Positions 19,225 to 29,483 of a DNA stretch of 64,000 nt are shown here, in pieces (within the stretch, counting starts at the first letter, position 1; every line of letters begins with the position of its first letter). This stretch comes from Bacillota bacterium. Its GTDB lineage: Bacteria > Bacillota > JAAYKD01. The translations under genes were made by a program, and so were the position numbers. The stretch lies in assembly GCA_963666425.2 (NCBI GenBank), contig OY762825.2, positions 352,001-416,000 on the forward strand, written 5' to 3'. Under the pieces are notes generated by a model. That model did not search any database, was not told where the DNA came from, and was given only the letters and a program-made list of their open reading frames with translations.

Positions 19225-19359
19225 TTACATCTTCTTGCTGCTTTTTTGAGTGAATAGTCTGATTACCTCGAGTAACCCTTTTATCAAAAATGCAATCGCA
19301 TAGGAAATACCGATACCGGTTCCCATGACTTGCAAAGGAACAATAAAGTTCGCCGCCAT
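19225..19359 (-). CDS. 44-aa single-TM protein, probable OadG/gamma-like subunit (not in the ORF track)
   Basis: MAANFIVPLQVMGTGIGISYAIAFLIKGLLEVIRLFTQKSSKKM; SD GAGGAGGAG; directly upstream of oadB. Confidence 0.7.
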   Translation of the reverse strand: MAANFIVPLQVMGTGIGISYAIAFLIKGLLEVIRLFTQKSSKKM

Positions 19360-19768
19360 ATTTTTCGCTCCTCCTCTCGTTACAAATTTGTTTTTGTTTC
19401 ATTTCTCGTTTATAGTATCATTTTCTCCCTATAAACGTCAATTGTATGTTCCGAAGGGAAACCTTATATTCAAGTGATGCAAACTTCAGTTTCCTAATCA
19501 GAGAACAGTAATATGTAGCATAGACAAGTTTATTTGTGTGATTACATATATTAGTATAATACACTATAGACAAGGTTTCACTAAAATGTTTACGGCTTTT
19601 TAGATATTTTTATGTTAGTTAATCTTATAACAGGTTCATTAAAACAAATCCCATACGTGCCTCTGTATATGTACAAAAAAAGCATCGATGGGAAATCACT
19701 CCCACCGATGCCGAGTTCGGGCAATTTCAACCAAAAAACGAACCGCCGAATTGTCGGATTCGATTGGT

Positions 19769-20920
19769 TTATGGTTGGCGTCCAGCTGACTCAAACTCAG
19801 TCAACCAGGACAGCAAATCTTTCTTTTGCCAATAATAATCTGCTACTTTTTCATCCGTATAAGTAATTTCATATTCCTGATACTCCGCCGGCGCAGCTAA
19901 ATCCGCCGTAAACCAATTGCCGCTTTGCGGGGAACCAAAACAAACCAACATCTTATGATCCGTCACATCAAAAAGCTGTGAACGCAGTGTGCCAAACCAA
20001 TTGCTATAAGCATGGCAGCACAAACCCTCCGGCAGTTTGGCGGTCAGGAGCGCCTTCAAGTCTGCCTGACTGACTTTTTCATGTTCCTGCAGAAATTGCT
20101 GAACGGCATGCTCGCGCACGGCACTGAAATAGCGCGCCTCTGGATAGAGTTTTCTATGTTGCTCGCTGCGATAGTGATTGAATGCACCAAGGGATGCTTT
20201 TTCTCTGCGGATTGCTTTGGTTGAGCTGCCATTGCTATTGAGGATTTCGACCACAGCGCATTGTCCGCTGGGATCCGCAAAGAGCATCTGCATATTGGAG
20301 GCAATCGGCATCGGTTCAATCCATCGAATTGCTTCTTCGATATCGGCACAGTTGTCCAGAACGGATCGCAGCACAAGCCAAAAAGCCAATCCTGCCGCTT
20401 CTCCCACAGAGGAATGCACCACTTCTAAGGAGTTCATCGCCACGCAGAGTCCCTTTTCATTGATTCCGTCAAATCTGCCAACTTGAAATAAAGAAAATCC
20501 GGCATGTGCATAGTGATTGGGAACGCGGGTCACACTATAGACCAATTCATCCTCTGTATTGTATTCGTAACTACGGGCGAAATAAGTATGGCCATTGTCG
20601 CTCTTGCTCGGCAGTATGGCCAGCATCGAGCAACTGCTAGGTCTTGCCTGATAAGCAAAGCTGAGATGAATCAATTGATCCATTGCCACCCCAAGCCCAT
20701 CCGCCAGACCATGTAATTCTTCAGCGACACCTGGGCACCATTGCTCCATGACGGCAAGTCGCTCAGCCAACTGCTCTGTTGTCAGCTGTTTTGAGTCTTG
20801 CGGCAGGCTGGTGAGGAATTTTACCGTTTCTGGTTTTTGCAGCAGAATTTTTCCCCTTTGCAGGCCAATTTCATAATTTGTCCCTTCCTGAATGAATTTA
20901 GCAAATGTCAGTGTGTTCAT
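19769..20920 (-). CDS. C45 family Ntn-hydrolase/peptidase (acyl-CoA:6-APA acyltransferase-like)
   Basis: GTNYEIGLQRG, autoproteolytic S-CS, ARSYE, DGINEKGL, FGTLRS; ATG at 20920 after GGAG. Confidence 0.85.
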   Translation of the reverse strand: MNTLTFAKFIQEGTNYEIGLQRGKILLQKPETVKFLTSLPQDSKQLTTEQLAERLAVMEQWCPGVAEELHGLADGLGVAMDQLIHLSFAYQARPSSCSMLAILPSKSDNGHTYFARSYEYNTEDELVYSVTRVPNHYAHAGFSLFQVGRFDGINEKGLCVAMNSLEVVHSSVGEAAGLAFWLVLRSVLDNCADIEEAIRWIEPMPIASNMQMLFADPSGQCAVVEILNSNGSSTKAIRREKASLGAFNHYRSEQHRKLYPEARYFSAVREHAVQQFLQEHEKVSQADLKALLTAKLPEGLCCHAYSNWFGTLRSQLFDVTDHKMLVCFGSPQSGNWFTADLAAPAEYQEYEITYTDEKVADYYWQKKDLLSWLTEFESAGRQP

Positions 20921-20955
20921 TTTACTTCTCCCTTCCGATTTTCGTTGCCTGTAGC

Positions 20956-21624
20956 CTACAGGCAAGGAGCAGCTCCATTCGTTTCTTTTCGTTGAATCCA
21001 ATAACGCAGCAGTGTATGCAGCTGCTGCGGATTAGTTTTGCGCGCATCCTGCAGGTAAATTTCTTTATGTCTTAGCTCTCTTTGCTGATAACCGTTGATT
21101 TTTAGAAATTCGCTTAAGACAGCAAAAGAAACCGGTTCCGTATCGAAGGGGCCGATGTGCAGAATTTGAGCAGCCAATCCTTCCTCTCTTTCAACCAGGT
21201 GAATCTCGCTATATAGAGAATTGGGTTCTTTTTTCTGAGCAATTCCCATGGCCGCTTGCGCCACTTCGTCCGTCACAAAATCAGGTTGACCTACCATGAG
21301 CGTATATTCAAATTGAGTTTTGTTTAATTGCTTTTGTTCGGCTTGTTCTTTGATGCCCGCCGCAGTCAGACCCCAGATTCCCTCCAGCGGATAAACACCA
21401 TAATCGAAATATCCTACCGGCATGATTCCTTTTTTCGGCAGAAAACGCACCGCATAGGACAAGCTCATCAAAGCACTGACCTTTTCGGAAAATTCTACAG
21501 TATTGGGATCCCCTCTGCCGCTGATCTCGAGAAATTTTCGGGGCAACAACGTGATGATCTGTGGTTTCACACCGCTGCCGTAGATTGCTTTTTCTTGTAT
21601 TCTCCAATCATATTTTGCTGCCAT
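20956..21624 (-). CDS. GyrI-like small-molecule-binding domain protein
   Basis: GRGDPN, YGVYPLEGIW, QILHIGPFDTE, HKEIYL.DARK. Confidence 0.85.
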   Translation of the reverse strand: MAAKYDWRIQEKAIYGSGVKPQIITLLPRKFLEISGRGDPNTVEFSEKVSALMSLSYAVRFLPKKGIMPVGYFDYGVYPLEGIWGLTAAGIKEQAEQKQLNKTQFEYTLMVGQPDFVTDEVAQAAMGIAQKKEPNSLYSEIHLVEREEGLAAQILHIGPFDTEPVSFAVLSEFLKINGYQQRELRHKEIYLQDARKTNPQQLHTLLRYWIQRKETNGAAPCL

Positions 21625-21665
21625 CTGCTTGCCTCTCTTCCCCCTTTGCTCTCAACAACCTATGC

Positions 21666-22700
21666 TTATTGCTTGGCGTCCTCCCAGAACAAAGCCAGCA
21701 GTGAACCATAGCCTTCTTCTGCCATTTTGTCTTTGGCAATGAAACGCAAGGCTGCACTGTTGATACAGTAACGCAAGCCTCCGGCTGCAGCGGGACCATC
21801 AAAAAACACATGTCCAAGATGAGCGTTGCCGCCTTTGCTGCGGACCTCGACTCGTTGCATGCCAAATTTATGATCGGTTAACTCCTGAATCCGTTCCTTG
21901 CTGATGGGTTTGGAAAAGCTTGGCCAACCACAGCCGGAAGCAAATTTATCGTCAGAAGAAAATAAGGGCTCGCCGGTGGTAATATCAACATAAATACCCT
22001 GGCGGAAATGATTATAGTATTCATTCTGAAAAGCCGGTTCGGTCGCCTGATTTTGGGTTACCTGATACTGCAGTTCTGTCAGCTGATTTTTTAGTTTTTC
22101 TTGCTCCGGTGGCTGGTATGACAGCAGCGGGTCCTCAGCTTTCTCTGCCTGGCTGAATTTCTCCTTGCGGATATGACAGTAACCACCAGGATTTTTGGTC
22201 AAATAGCCCTGATGGTATGTTTCTGCGGGACAATAATTTTGCAGGGGTTGCACTTCGATTGCTAACGGTTCAGTATAGCGTTTCTGCAATTCCTGCAGGG
22301 AGGTCAAAATGATTTCCCGATCCGCCGCATCGGTGTAATAAATGCCGCTGCGATATTGTATGCCAAAATCATTGCCTTGGCGATTTTTCGCCACCGGATC
22401 GATCACTTCATAGAAGAGCTGCAAGAGGAACTGCAAGCGAATTTTCTGCGGATCATAGGACACTTTTACCGTTTCAGCATGCCCGCTGCTCTGACACACT
22501 TCTGCATACGTAATCTGGTCGCCTGTGCCGTTGGCATAACCGGCTTCGGTTGCTAAGACTCCCTTTACCACCGAGAAGTATTTCTCGGTTCCCCAGAAAC
22601 AACCGCCTGCCAAGTAAATTTCTTTGCTCGTTACAACATGCCCCGACTCGCTCTCTTCTGCCTTCTTTGTTGCTTTTTGCTGATGTCTAAAAAAACCCAT
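21666..22700 (-). CDS. msrAB: Bifunctional peptide methionine sulfoxide reductase MsrA-MsrB (start approximate)
   Basis: [17 protein letters not shown] (MsrA); GCGWPSF, HLGHVF, RYCINS (MsrB). Confidence 0.95.
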   Translation of the reverse strand: MGFFRHQQKATKKAEESESGHVVTSKEIYLAGGCFWGTEKYFSVVKGVLATEAGYANGTGDQITYAEVCQSSGHAETVKVSYDPQKIRLQFLLQLFYEVIDPVAKNRQGNDFGIQYRSGIYYTDAADREIILTSLQELQKRYTEPLAIEVQPLQNYCPAETYHQGYLTKNPGGYCHIRKEKFSQAEKAEDPLLSYQPPEQEKLKNQLTELQYQVTQNQATEPAFQNEYYNHFRQGIYVDITTGEPLFSSDDKFASGCGWPSFSKPISKERIQELTDHKFGMQRVEVRSKGGNAHLGHVFFDGPAAAGGLRYCINSAALRFIAKDKMAEEGYGSLLALFWEDAKQ

Positions 22701-22753
22701 CACATACCTGCCTTTCTGTTTACCCTGACTTTCTTGCACTTTCGAATCTCCGG

Positions 22754-23713
22754 TTAATTTCTCGACTTTCCTTCTTCTGCAGCCAACTCACACGCATAAA
22801 ATAGATTGGCTACCGCATCGTCATAATCACTAAGTCTTTCAGCTTTTTTGATTTTTTTAGCATATTTCTCCGAATCGGCAAACAAGTTGATCATGTAAAA
22901 CCAAATATCTTTCATTTTAAACAATACATTGCGATCAGCGCCAAGCGCGCTTTGGTAATCGATGTAAATGATCTCGTGAAACTCTTGCAGCAAACTCTTT
23001 TCGAGTTTCTTCCCGTCTTGAATCTCAGCCAGCAAACCCGGATTGGCAATCAGACCCCGACCAAGCATCACCTTTTCCACCTGGGGAAACTCCTGCTGAA
23101 ATTGCCTGTAAGCCTGCACTGAGCCAAGATCTCCATTATAACAAACCGGATTTTTGCTGAGCAGAAGCGCTTGCCTGAAGATCGCATAATTGGGTGTGTT
23201 TTGATAAAAATCCTGCCGAACCCTCGGGTGTATGATCAATTCCGTGATGGGGTATTTGTTGAAAATCTCGAGCAGCGCATAAAATTCTTCCGGTTGTGCC
23301 ATTCCCAACCTGGTTTTTACAGAGATGCGCAGTTCGGATTCTGAGAAAATTTCTTCTAAGAAAAGGTCCAATTCTTTTGGTTGAGCAAGAAAACCGGCGC
23401 CTCTCCCCTTCGCTACCACGGTACCGGAGGGACAGCCTAAATTCAGATTGACTTCCCGGTAGCCCAACTGCTGGAGCCGATTGGCCGTATGCAGAAAATC
23501 TTTGGCTCGATTGGTCAGCAATTGGGGAATTAAACGATAACCCTGGTTATGCTCCGGCAGCAGATCGTTGATCTCTCTCGTTCTCAGACTATCACTTTGA
23601 TTTGCAGAGACAAAGGGGGAAAAATAGCGATCGATACGATTAAAACAGTGTTGGTATGCATTGCGATAGATATAGCTCGTAATCCCCTCCATCGGGGCAA
23701 AATAAAACAGCAT
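22754..23713 (-). CDS. tRNA-dihydrouridine synthase family protein
   Basis: [32 protein letters not shown]. Confidence 0.9.
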   Translation of the reverse strand: MLFYFAPMEGITSYIYRNAYQHCFNRIDRYFSPFVSANQSDSLRTREINDLLPEHNQGYRLIPQLLTNRAKDFLHTANRLQQLGYREVNLNLGCPSGTVVAKGRGAGFLAQPKELDLFLEEIFSESELRISVKTRLGMAQPEEFYALLEIFNKYPITELIIHPRVRQDFYQNTPNYAIFRQALLLSKNPVCYNGDLGSVQAYRQFQQEFPQVEKVMLGRGLIANPGLLAEIQDGKKLEKSLLQEFHEIIYIDYQSALGADRNVLFKMKDIWFYMINLFADSEKYAKKIKKAERLSDYDDAVANLFYACELAAEEGKSRN

Positions 23714-23846
23714 AGCAGAGTATCTCCTTTCGGGGGTTCAGCAGGATCCTGATTGACTCTCTGCTTTCACTGTATAATATTACAGAAAATTTTGCCATCT
23801 GTCAACCAATTCAATGCAAATCTCAACTGTTTGCTTAGATGACAAA

Positions 23847-23883
23847 AAGCTTCTATCCGAATGAATCGTTCGGATAGAAGCTT
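23847..23883. terminator. Intrinsic terminator after the TDT transporter
   Basis: Perfect 15-bp inverted repeat AAGCTTCTATCCGAA/TTCGGATAGAAGCTT. Confidence 0.75.
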
Positions 23884-23904
23884 AGCTTTCTAGAAAATTG
23901 CGTG

Positions 23905-24825
23905 TTATTTGACTTGCGGATGTGCAATTATGGCTAGGTAACGCATCAAGACATAGAAGACAATAGCAAGCGCGATCAGCTCTTCTGCTTTGACCAGTGT
24001 TGGTAAGAAAGCCAGCTTAATTCCTTGTTTGAGCAAAAAGCCATGACTCAATTTTAAGGAGAGAGCGGCAATCACCAAGGGAAAAGTAAAGGCAGAGTAA
24101 CTGGGATAAAACTTGAGGTGCAGCAAGCCAGGCAATTTGCTGAGCACAAAGAAATAGAAAACTTGGGAGAGCACAAGCAGAGCATAAAATAGCAACATGT
24201 TTTTCTGGTTAAAGCAATTAAGATAGCCGGCCAGACATAAAGCGCCCGGTGCAGCAAAAATCGCTAAAGTCGGCAAAGCCGGTTCCGGAATTCCCTTGAC
24301 CCAAAAGACTCTTTTACTCACAATAAAAAGCAAAACCAGGTAGCTTGCCAAAGCAAACCAGAAGGCGGCTATACCAACTGCTTGATTGAAGGCTTTGCCG
24401 GTGACCGCGGCCACAGCAATGCCAACATAAACAATAAACCAGCTGGGAAACACTTGCTTGATCTCTAATTTAACCACAAATTTCAGCGTAAAACGAATCA
24501 ACAGAACAAGGTGCAGACCAAGACCGATCAGCCACAGCAAAGCAGCGCCGCCGGCATGATACGGTTTTAAATAAGTCGCCAGCAGCATCAGACTCATGGA
24601 GTAGGTAGGAAATACAGATGCACCGATCGGTGTATTTAGTTCCTGCATCAATCCAGGAAAATCACTGATGAACTTTGCTGTGCTGAGGAGAAGCAAAATA
24701 CCGGCTAAGCTGCCGAGTAAATTCCGGTAATTGTCGCCATACGATTGTACGAGATTTCCCAAGGCAGCCAAAGACAGCATCACACCGACGATTGGCATCG
24801 GTATTTTTTTGAAAAAATCTTTCAT
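23905..24825 (-). CDS. TDT/SLAC1 family transporter
   Basis: 10 TM helices; FPSWFIVYVG and FYPSYSAFTFP. Confidence 0.85.
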   Translation of the reverse strand: MKDFFKKIPMPIVGVMLSLAALGNLVQSYGDNYRNLLGSLAGILLLLSTAKFISDFPGLMQELNTPIGASVFPTYSMSLMLLATYLKPYHAGGAALLWLIGLGLHLVLLIRFTLKFVVKLEIKQVFPSWFIVYVGIAVAAVTGKAFNQAVGIAAFWFALASYLVLLFIVSKRVFWVKGIPEPALPTLAIFAAPGALCLAGYLNCFNQKNMLLFYALLVLSQVFYFFVLSKLPGLLHLKFYPSYSAFTFPLVIAALSLKLSHGFLLKQGIKLAFLPTLVKAEELIALAIVFYVLMRYLAIIAHPQVK

Positions 24826-24841
24826 TTCAATTCCGCCTTTA

Positions 24842-25312
24842 CTATTCAGCTTTCAAAACGCCATCTTCCAGCAAGGCTTTGGCAACCCATGCCGCCACAA
24901 CACCGGTGATTTTGATACAGTGATTCTTTCTTTCCTCGGATTTAAATTGATCACCGGACCACTCCCGGGTCAGCGCGCGGCAGCAAGTTGCCTGATATTC
25001 CTGAATAATAAAGTCATGCAAGGCTTTGGCTTTTTCAAACATTTTTGGGTTCATGGCTTCTCCGTGCACGCGGCCGTAAACAAGGCCCAGTGCCATTTCC
25101 CCGCCCGAGACTGCCCCGCACAAACACTGCGCTTTGCCTAAGCCGATGGGAAAGCCAGACGCCATTTTGACGATCGTATCGGGATAGGGTTTGCCAAGCG
25201 CATCATTGATGGTCTGCAGTACCGCTTCAGAACAGAAAAATTCACCCCGGCGGAAATAACCCTCCGCAGTCTCACGGATCTGATCCAGATATTTTTGTTC
25301 TTTCTCTGTCAT
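24842..25312 (-). CDS. C-GCAxxG-C-C family redox-active protein
   Basis: FCSEAVL, CLCGAVSGG, TCCR and HC motifs. Confidence 0.9.
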   Translation of the reverse strand: MTEKEQKYLDQIRETAEGYFRRGEFFCSEAVLQTINDALGKPYPDTIVKMASGFPIGLGKAQCLCGAVSGGEMALGLVYGRVHGEAMNPKMFEKAKALHDFIIQEYQATCCRALTREWSGDQFKSEERKNHCIKITGVVAAWVAKALLEDGVLKAE

Positions 25313-25672
25313 GTTGAGTTCCTCTCCTTTTCAAAAACACTTTTAATTTTAGCAAGCCAAAGCAAGATTGTAAAAAAATCGATTCGTATTAGGCTGTCTT
25401 GCTTGTCGCGTGGGTTTTACCTTATGGATTATAAACCAGAACTTGGTTGGTGAATAATCAATTATTACTATTTCAAAGTGGCAATTTCATTAGCCATCTT
25501 TATGTTTGTTGGTTTCCGCTTGTATCAGAGAGAATCTGCTAAAACCATACCAGGTTTGTAAGTTATATTTTTCCTTTCTTTCAAAAAATGGCTGACAGTA
25601 TCCTTGATCAACCAGCGGTTTTTCAGCTGTAACAAACAATATTGGAGTAGAAGCAACCTACTCCTAAGCAGT

Positions 25673-25711
25673 AAAAACGATCCCCCCCTGTTTTTAGGTT
25701 GGATCGTTTTT
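25673..25711. terminator. Intrinsic terminator after trmO
   Basis: AAAAACGATCC/GGATCGTTTTT. Confidence 0.6.
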
Positions 25712-25736
25712 ATGCAGCCAGTATTTCGAATAAAAA

Positions 25737-26474
25737 CTATGTCAAGACAGAAATCCGGTAAACTTCCAGCAATTTTCCCTTCACCGTAAATTCAACATGC
25801 ATCTGCGCAAATTCAAAGGCATAAATCCGCTGGGGATCTGATTGGTAAGAAGGACGCGGGTCGCTGGCCAGAATCGCAATCAGCGCCTGCCGATGTTGTT
25901 CGGGCACCAACTGCAGCAATTCATCGGCAAACTCCACCGTCAGTTGATCAGCTAAAACCAGATCAGAAAATCCGCCAAGTGCTTCGGGATGACTGTCCGT
26001 ATAGGCAAGATAAGGCTTAATGTCATAGATTGGCGTTTGATCGATTAAATCGGCTCCCAAAACATGCAAGATCGGACCAAGCTCACGATGCCATTCCACA
26101 CATTCCAACTTGACCGAGGAAAGGCCAAGCGCATTGGGACGGAAAGGAGAACGGGTAGCAAAAACACCGATGCGCTGGTTGCCGCCCAGACGAGGCGGCC
26201 GCACCGTGGCAGACCACTCCGAGCGCAGGCTTCGCGAAAATTGCCAAATTAACCAGAGATGCGAGAAATCAGCCAAGCCGCGGCAGGCATCCGGGTTACG
26301 GTATTCCGGCTCGAAAATAATCTCTGCTTTCAGCGTATCAATCAGCCCGCTCTGCCGCGGCACGCCAAACTTACCGGAAAAATCGGAACGAATGTGAGCG
26401 ATGATTTTCAAAGGCATTTGCACGATTTCACCTGCCTCCATGTGCATCGTCTCTTCTTTTTTATCTTTCGGCAT
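25737..26474 (-). CDS. trmO: tRNA (N6-threonylcarbamoyladenosine-37) methyltransferase
   Basis: KFGVPRQ, VRPPRLGGN, GVFATRSPFRPN, TPIYDIKPY, DPRPSY. Confidence 0.92.
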   Translation of the reverse strand: MPKDKKEETMHMEAGEIVQMPLKIIAHIRSDFSGKFGVPRQSGLIDTLKAEIIFEPEYRNPDACRGLADFSHLWLIWQFSRSLRSEWSATVRPPRLGGNQRIGVFATRSPFRPNALGLSSVKLECVEWHRELGPILHVLGADLIDQTPIYDIKPYLAYTDSHPEALGGFSDLVLADQLTVEFADELLQLVPEQHRQALIAILASDPRPSYQSDPQRIYAFEFAQMHVEFTVKGKLLEVYRISVLT

Positions 26475-26502
26475 GCTTCTCTCCCTACCTAGATTTACTT
26501 AG

Positions 26503-28269
26503 TTATGATGCTTCTGTTTCGATGATCAAGTTGGTAATGCAGTTATTTTTCACATCAATCAAGCCATAATCAGTCAAACCAAGCTCGGGAACGGTCGGCA
26601 GAGATAAAAAGGATAAAGTCATAAAGGGAGCTTTCATGGTGCAGCCCAAACGGACGACAGCCGCATTGAGCGCATTCATTCGCTGCATCACTTGCTTTGC
26701 CGGTAAAATGCTCATCAACCCTGCTAAAGGCAGAGCAAAGGAATCCAGCACTTTTCCTTCCGCTGCCGCCGCAAACCCGCCATGCAGGCGTACGACTTCC
26801 TGAACCGCGGTATAGATATCCGTTTCATTGCAGCCAACCGCCACAATATTATGATGATCATGTGAGACGGAAGCCGCCAATGCTCCTTGACTGAGCTGAA
26901 AACCCTGCACCAGCGCATTGGCCACCCGACCATTTTTACCATAGCGTTCTACCACAGCCAGTTGCAGCAGATCGCGCTGCAAATCGGCTTTGATCTCCCC
27001 TTCCACAACCTGCAGCCACTCTCTTTTTTCCAGATTAATGATCTGATCCGGAATCAGCGCAATCACACGGCAGAGAGCTCGACGCCCTTCGGTTTTAATT
27101 AGAAAACTCTCGGGTGATAGTTTTTCGGAAACATGAACGGTATCAAACAACGCAGCCGGGTAATTTTTCATGGTGCAAGAAACGGCAATCCCATTCTCCG
27201 CTACGACGCGGCCTGCTTTCAGCACCATAACCGGACGAATCTGCTTCAGATCATCGAGCAGCAGAATATCGGCATAGCGTCCCGGTGCTAAGGATCCGAT
27301 TTGATGATCTAAATGAAAATGCTTTGCCGCATTGATGGTAGCAATTTGAATCGCTTGGATCGGTTCCATACCCAAATCGATGGTCTTCTGTAAGTTATAG
27401 CTGATATGGCCTTCTCTTTCAATATCATTGACATGTTTGTCGTCGGTACAGAACATCAGATTCTCCGTCGGCAAGTGCTGCGCGATGACTCCTTGCATCA
27501 ATGCCTCGACATTTCGTTCGCTGCTGCCTTCCCGTACCAGCGCTGCCATCCCCAGCCGCAGGCGCTGCAGCAATTCTTCAAAGCGAACCGATTCGTGATC
27601 GTCCGCCAAATGGGCGGCGGCGTAAACATTCAGTTCCGCCTCCGTCAGACCGATCGCGTGTCCGTTACAAATTTTGCCTTGCGCCAATGCTGTCAGGATT
27701 TTTTGCAGATATTCTTCTTTACCGCCAAGCACTTTCGAAGGATCGAGTTCACCCAAACTGATGGTTTGTTCCAGTTTTAAGAGCTGTTCCACCTCTGCCA
27801 CACCAAGCACCGCGCCGGTGGTTTCTAATCCGGGCGCTGTCGGCACTCTGGAGGGAATTTCTAAGAAAATACGAAAGGGCAGCGCTTCCGCATCTTTCAC
27901 GAGAGCCAACAAACCTTCAATTCCCGCCACATTGGCAATCTCCATCGCGTCCACACAGAGTGTCGTACTACCCCAGGGAACAATCACCTCGGCGAGCGCT
28001 TCCGGCGTCAGCAGCGTTGTTTCCAAGTGAATATGCGCATCGATCAAACCGGGAATAGCGTATCTCGCTTGGCCATCGATGGTTTTTTTAGCTTTTTGTT
28101 CTATTGAAGGATGAATTGAAACGATTTTTCCCTGAAAAATCCCGATCGAGGCAGGGTAAATCTCCTTACTGAACACATTGACCAATTTAATATTCTTGAG
28201 CAGCAGATCCAGTTCTCTCTTCCCGGCGGCTGCTTCCAGTTCTGCTTTGAAAGCTGTTATTTCCAACAT
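26503..28269 (-). CDS. ade: Adenine deaminase
   Basis: PGLIDAHIHLE, DHES, REGS, CTDD, SHDHHN, PFMTLSFLSL; start moved to ATG 28269 to avoid overlap with the upstream gene. Confidence 0.88.
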   Translation of the reverse strand: MLEITAFKAELEAAAGKRELDLLLKNIKLVNVFSKEIYPASIGIFQGKIVSIHPSIEQKAKKTIDGQARYAIPGLIDAHIHLETTLLTPEALAEVIVPWGSTTLCVDAMEIANVAGIEGLLALVKDAEALPFRIFLEIPSRVPTAPGLETTGAVLGVAEVEQLLKLEQTISLGELDPSKVLGGKEEYLQKILTALAQGKICNGHAIGLTEAELNVYAAAHLADDHESVRFEELLQRLRLGMAALVREGSSERNVEALMQGVIAQHLPTENLMFCTDDKHVNDIEREGHISYNLQKTIDLGMEPIQAIQIATINAAKHFHLDHQIGSLAPGRYADILLLDDLKQIRPVMVLKAGRVVAENGIAVSCTMKNYPAALFDTVHVSEKLSPESFLIKTEGRRALCRVIALIPDQIINLEKREWLQVVEGEIKADLQRDLLQLAVVERYGKNGRVANALVQGFQLSQGALAASVSHDHHNIVAVGCNETDIYTAVQEVVRLHGGFAAAAEGKVLDSFALPLAGLMSILPAKQVMQRMNALNAAVVRLGCTMKAPFMTLSFLSLPTVPELGLTDYGLIDVKNNCITNLIIETEAS

Positions 28270-28294
28270 ATTTTCCTTTCCAATACAAGCAAGT

Positions 28295-29269
28295 TTAGAG
28301 TACTCTGTTCCTGCCGCTGTTTTTGGCTTTGTAGAGTTGTTGATCTGCTTTGTCAATCAATGCGATAATTTCTTCCTGTGTATAAACAGCAATCCCTGCG
28401 CTGACGGTGATCTTGATGCCGTTTTCCATTTCCAGATTCTCAATCGTTCTGCGGATCCTTTCGGTCACTGTAAAGGCATTTTCCTTGCTTGTATTGGGAT
28501 AGATGACAAGGAATTCTTCACCGCCATACCTACCGACAGCATCAAGTCCCCGAAGAGAATCATGAATTGTTTTTGCGGTTTTTTCCAACACTAGATCACC
28601 AAAGGTATGACCCCAGGTATCATTGACGTTTTTAAACAAATCGATGTCGATCATAGCGATGGAAAGCGGATAATGCTGCAGAATCGCTTGATTGAGTCTG
28701 AGCTTCAGCTCATCCAGAATCGCTCTGCGGTTTAATATCCCTGTTAAGGCATCGATGGAAGATTGTTCGGTCAATAGCAAATTTCTTTCGGCTAATTGCA
28801 GTTCCTGCAGTTTTTTTTCGGTGATGTCAAAGACAATGCCGGCCAAAAATTCCGGTTTACCTTGCGCATCCCTTTGGGTAATTTTGCCGCGGTCATAAAA
28901 CCACTTCCAGGTTCCTGCCTTGGCTTGAATGCGATATTCAATCTCATAGACTGGACTCTCACCTTTTAAATGTGCTGACATCGCCTGCATGGTCTTTTGA
29001 TAATCGTCTGGATGCAATTTTTCAGTAAAAAAGCGAAAACTGATTTTCGTTGGCAGCTCAGTCATTTGATATCCCAGCGATTCCACTTTAAGCGGGTTAA
29101 AAACCACACTATCTGTCTTGATATTCCAATACCAGTGTCCTAAATTGCCGGTCCAACTAAATTCCAGTTTGGTTGCCTGGTGTTGTTCAGCCAACAGTTC
29201 TCGATTCAGCATCTTCATTTCATCTATCATCTCAACCAGCTGCTCTCTGCTATACATCGAATAATCCAA
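28295..29269 (-). CDS. PAS-GGDEF diguanylate cyclase (start approximate)
   Basis: LHPDD...YRI...W.W...RG PAS/PAC; DALTG, DID.FK, RGLD I-site, RYGGEEF; TTG at 29269 after GAGGTG. Confidence 0.88.
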   Translation of the reverse strand: MDYSMYSREQLVEMIDEMKMLNRELLAEQHQATKLEFSWTGNLGHWYWNIKTDSVVFNPLKVESLGYQMTELPTKISFRFFTEKLHPDDYQKTMQAMSAHLKGESPVYEIEYRIQAKAGTWKWFYDRGKITQRDAQGKPEFLAGIVFDITEKKLQELQLAERNLLLTEQSSIDALTGILNRRAILDELKLRLNQAILQHYPLSIAMIDIDLFKNVNDTWGHTFGDLVLEKTAKTIHDSLRGLDAVGRYGGEEFLVIYPNTSKENAFTVTERIRRTIENLEMENGIKITVSAGIAVYTQEEIIALIDKADQQLYKAKNSGRNRVL

Positions 29270-29434
29270 TCTTGCCACCTCGCTTTTTGCTTGATGCCAT
29301 CGGGTTGGCGCCATAGCTGCTGATCTTCTTGGCGAACGCCTGCTTTTTGCATGCTGTTTAATTTGACAGACGGAAAGCGATTCCCTGCTTGACAGAGAAA
29401 ATTGCAAACGCTCGGGACTACCCCGTACAAAAAT

Positions 29435-29464
29435 AAGGAGAGTCACTCGTAGAGGACTCCCCTT
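29435..29464 (-). terminator. Intrinsic terminator after nifJ
   Basis: AAGGGGAGTC/GACTCTCCTT stem followed by ATTTTT. Confidence 0.7.
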
Positions 29465-29483
29465 TTTTATACCAGGTTTCCGA

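Noticed and set aside
19199-19402. 67-aa ORF from the track upstream of oadB
   Set aside because: The overlapping 44-aa frame (19225-19359) has the strong SD and a TM helix; this frame has neither
28270-28356. N-terminal extension of adenine deaminase
   Set aside because: Overlaps the DGC 3' end; a purine-rich SD precedes ATG 28269
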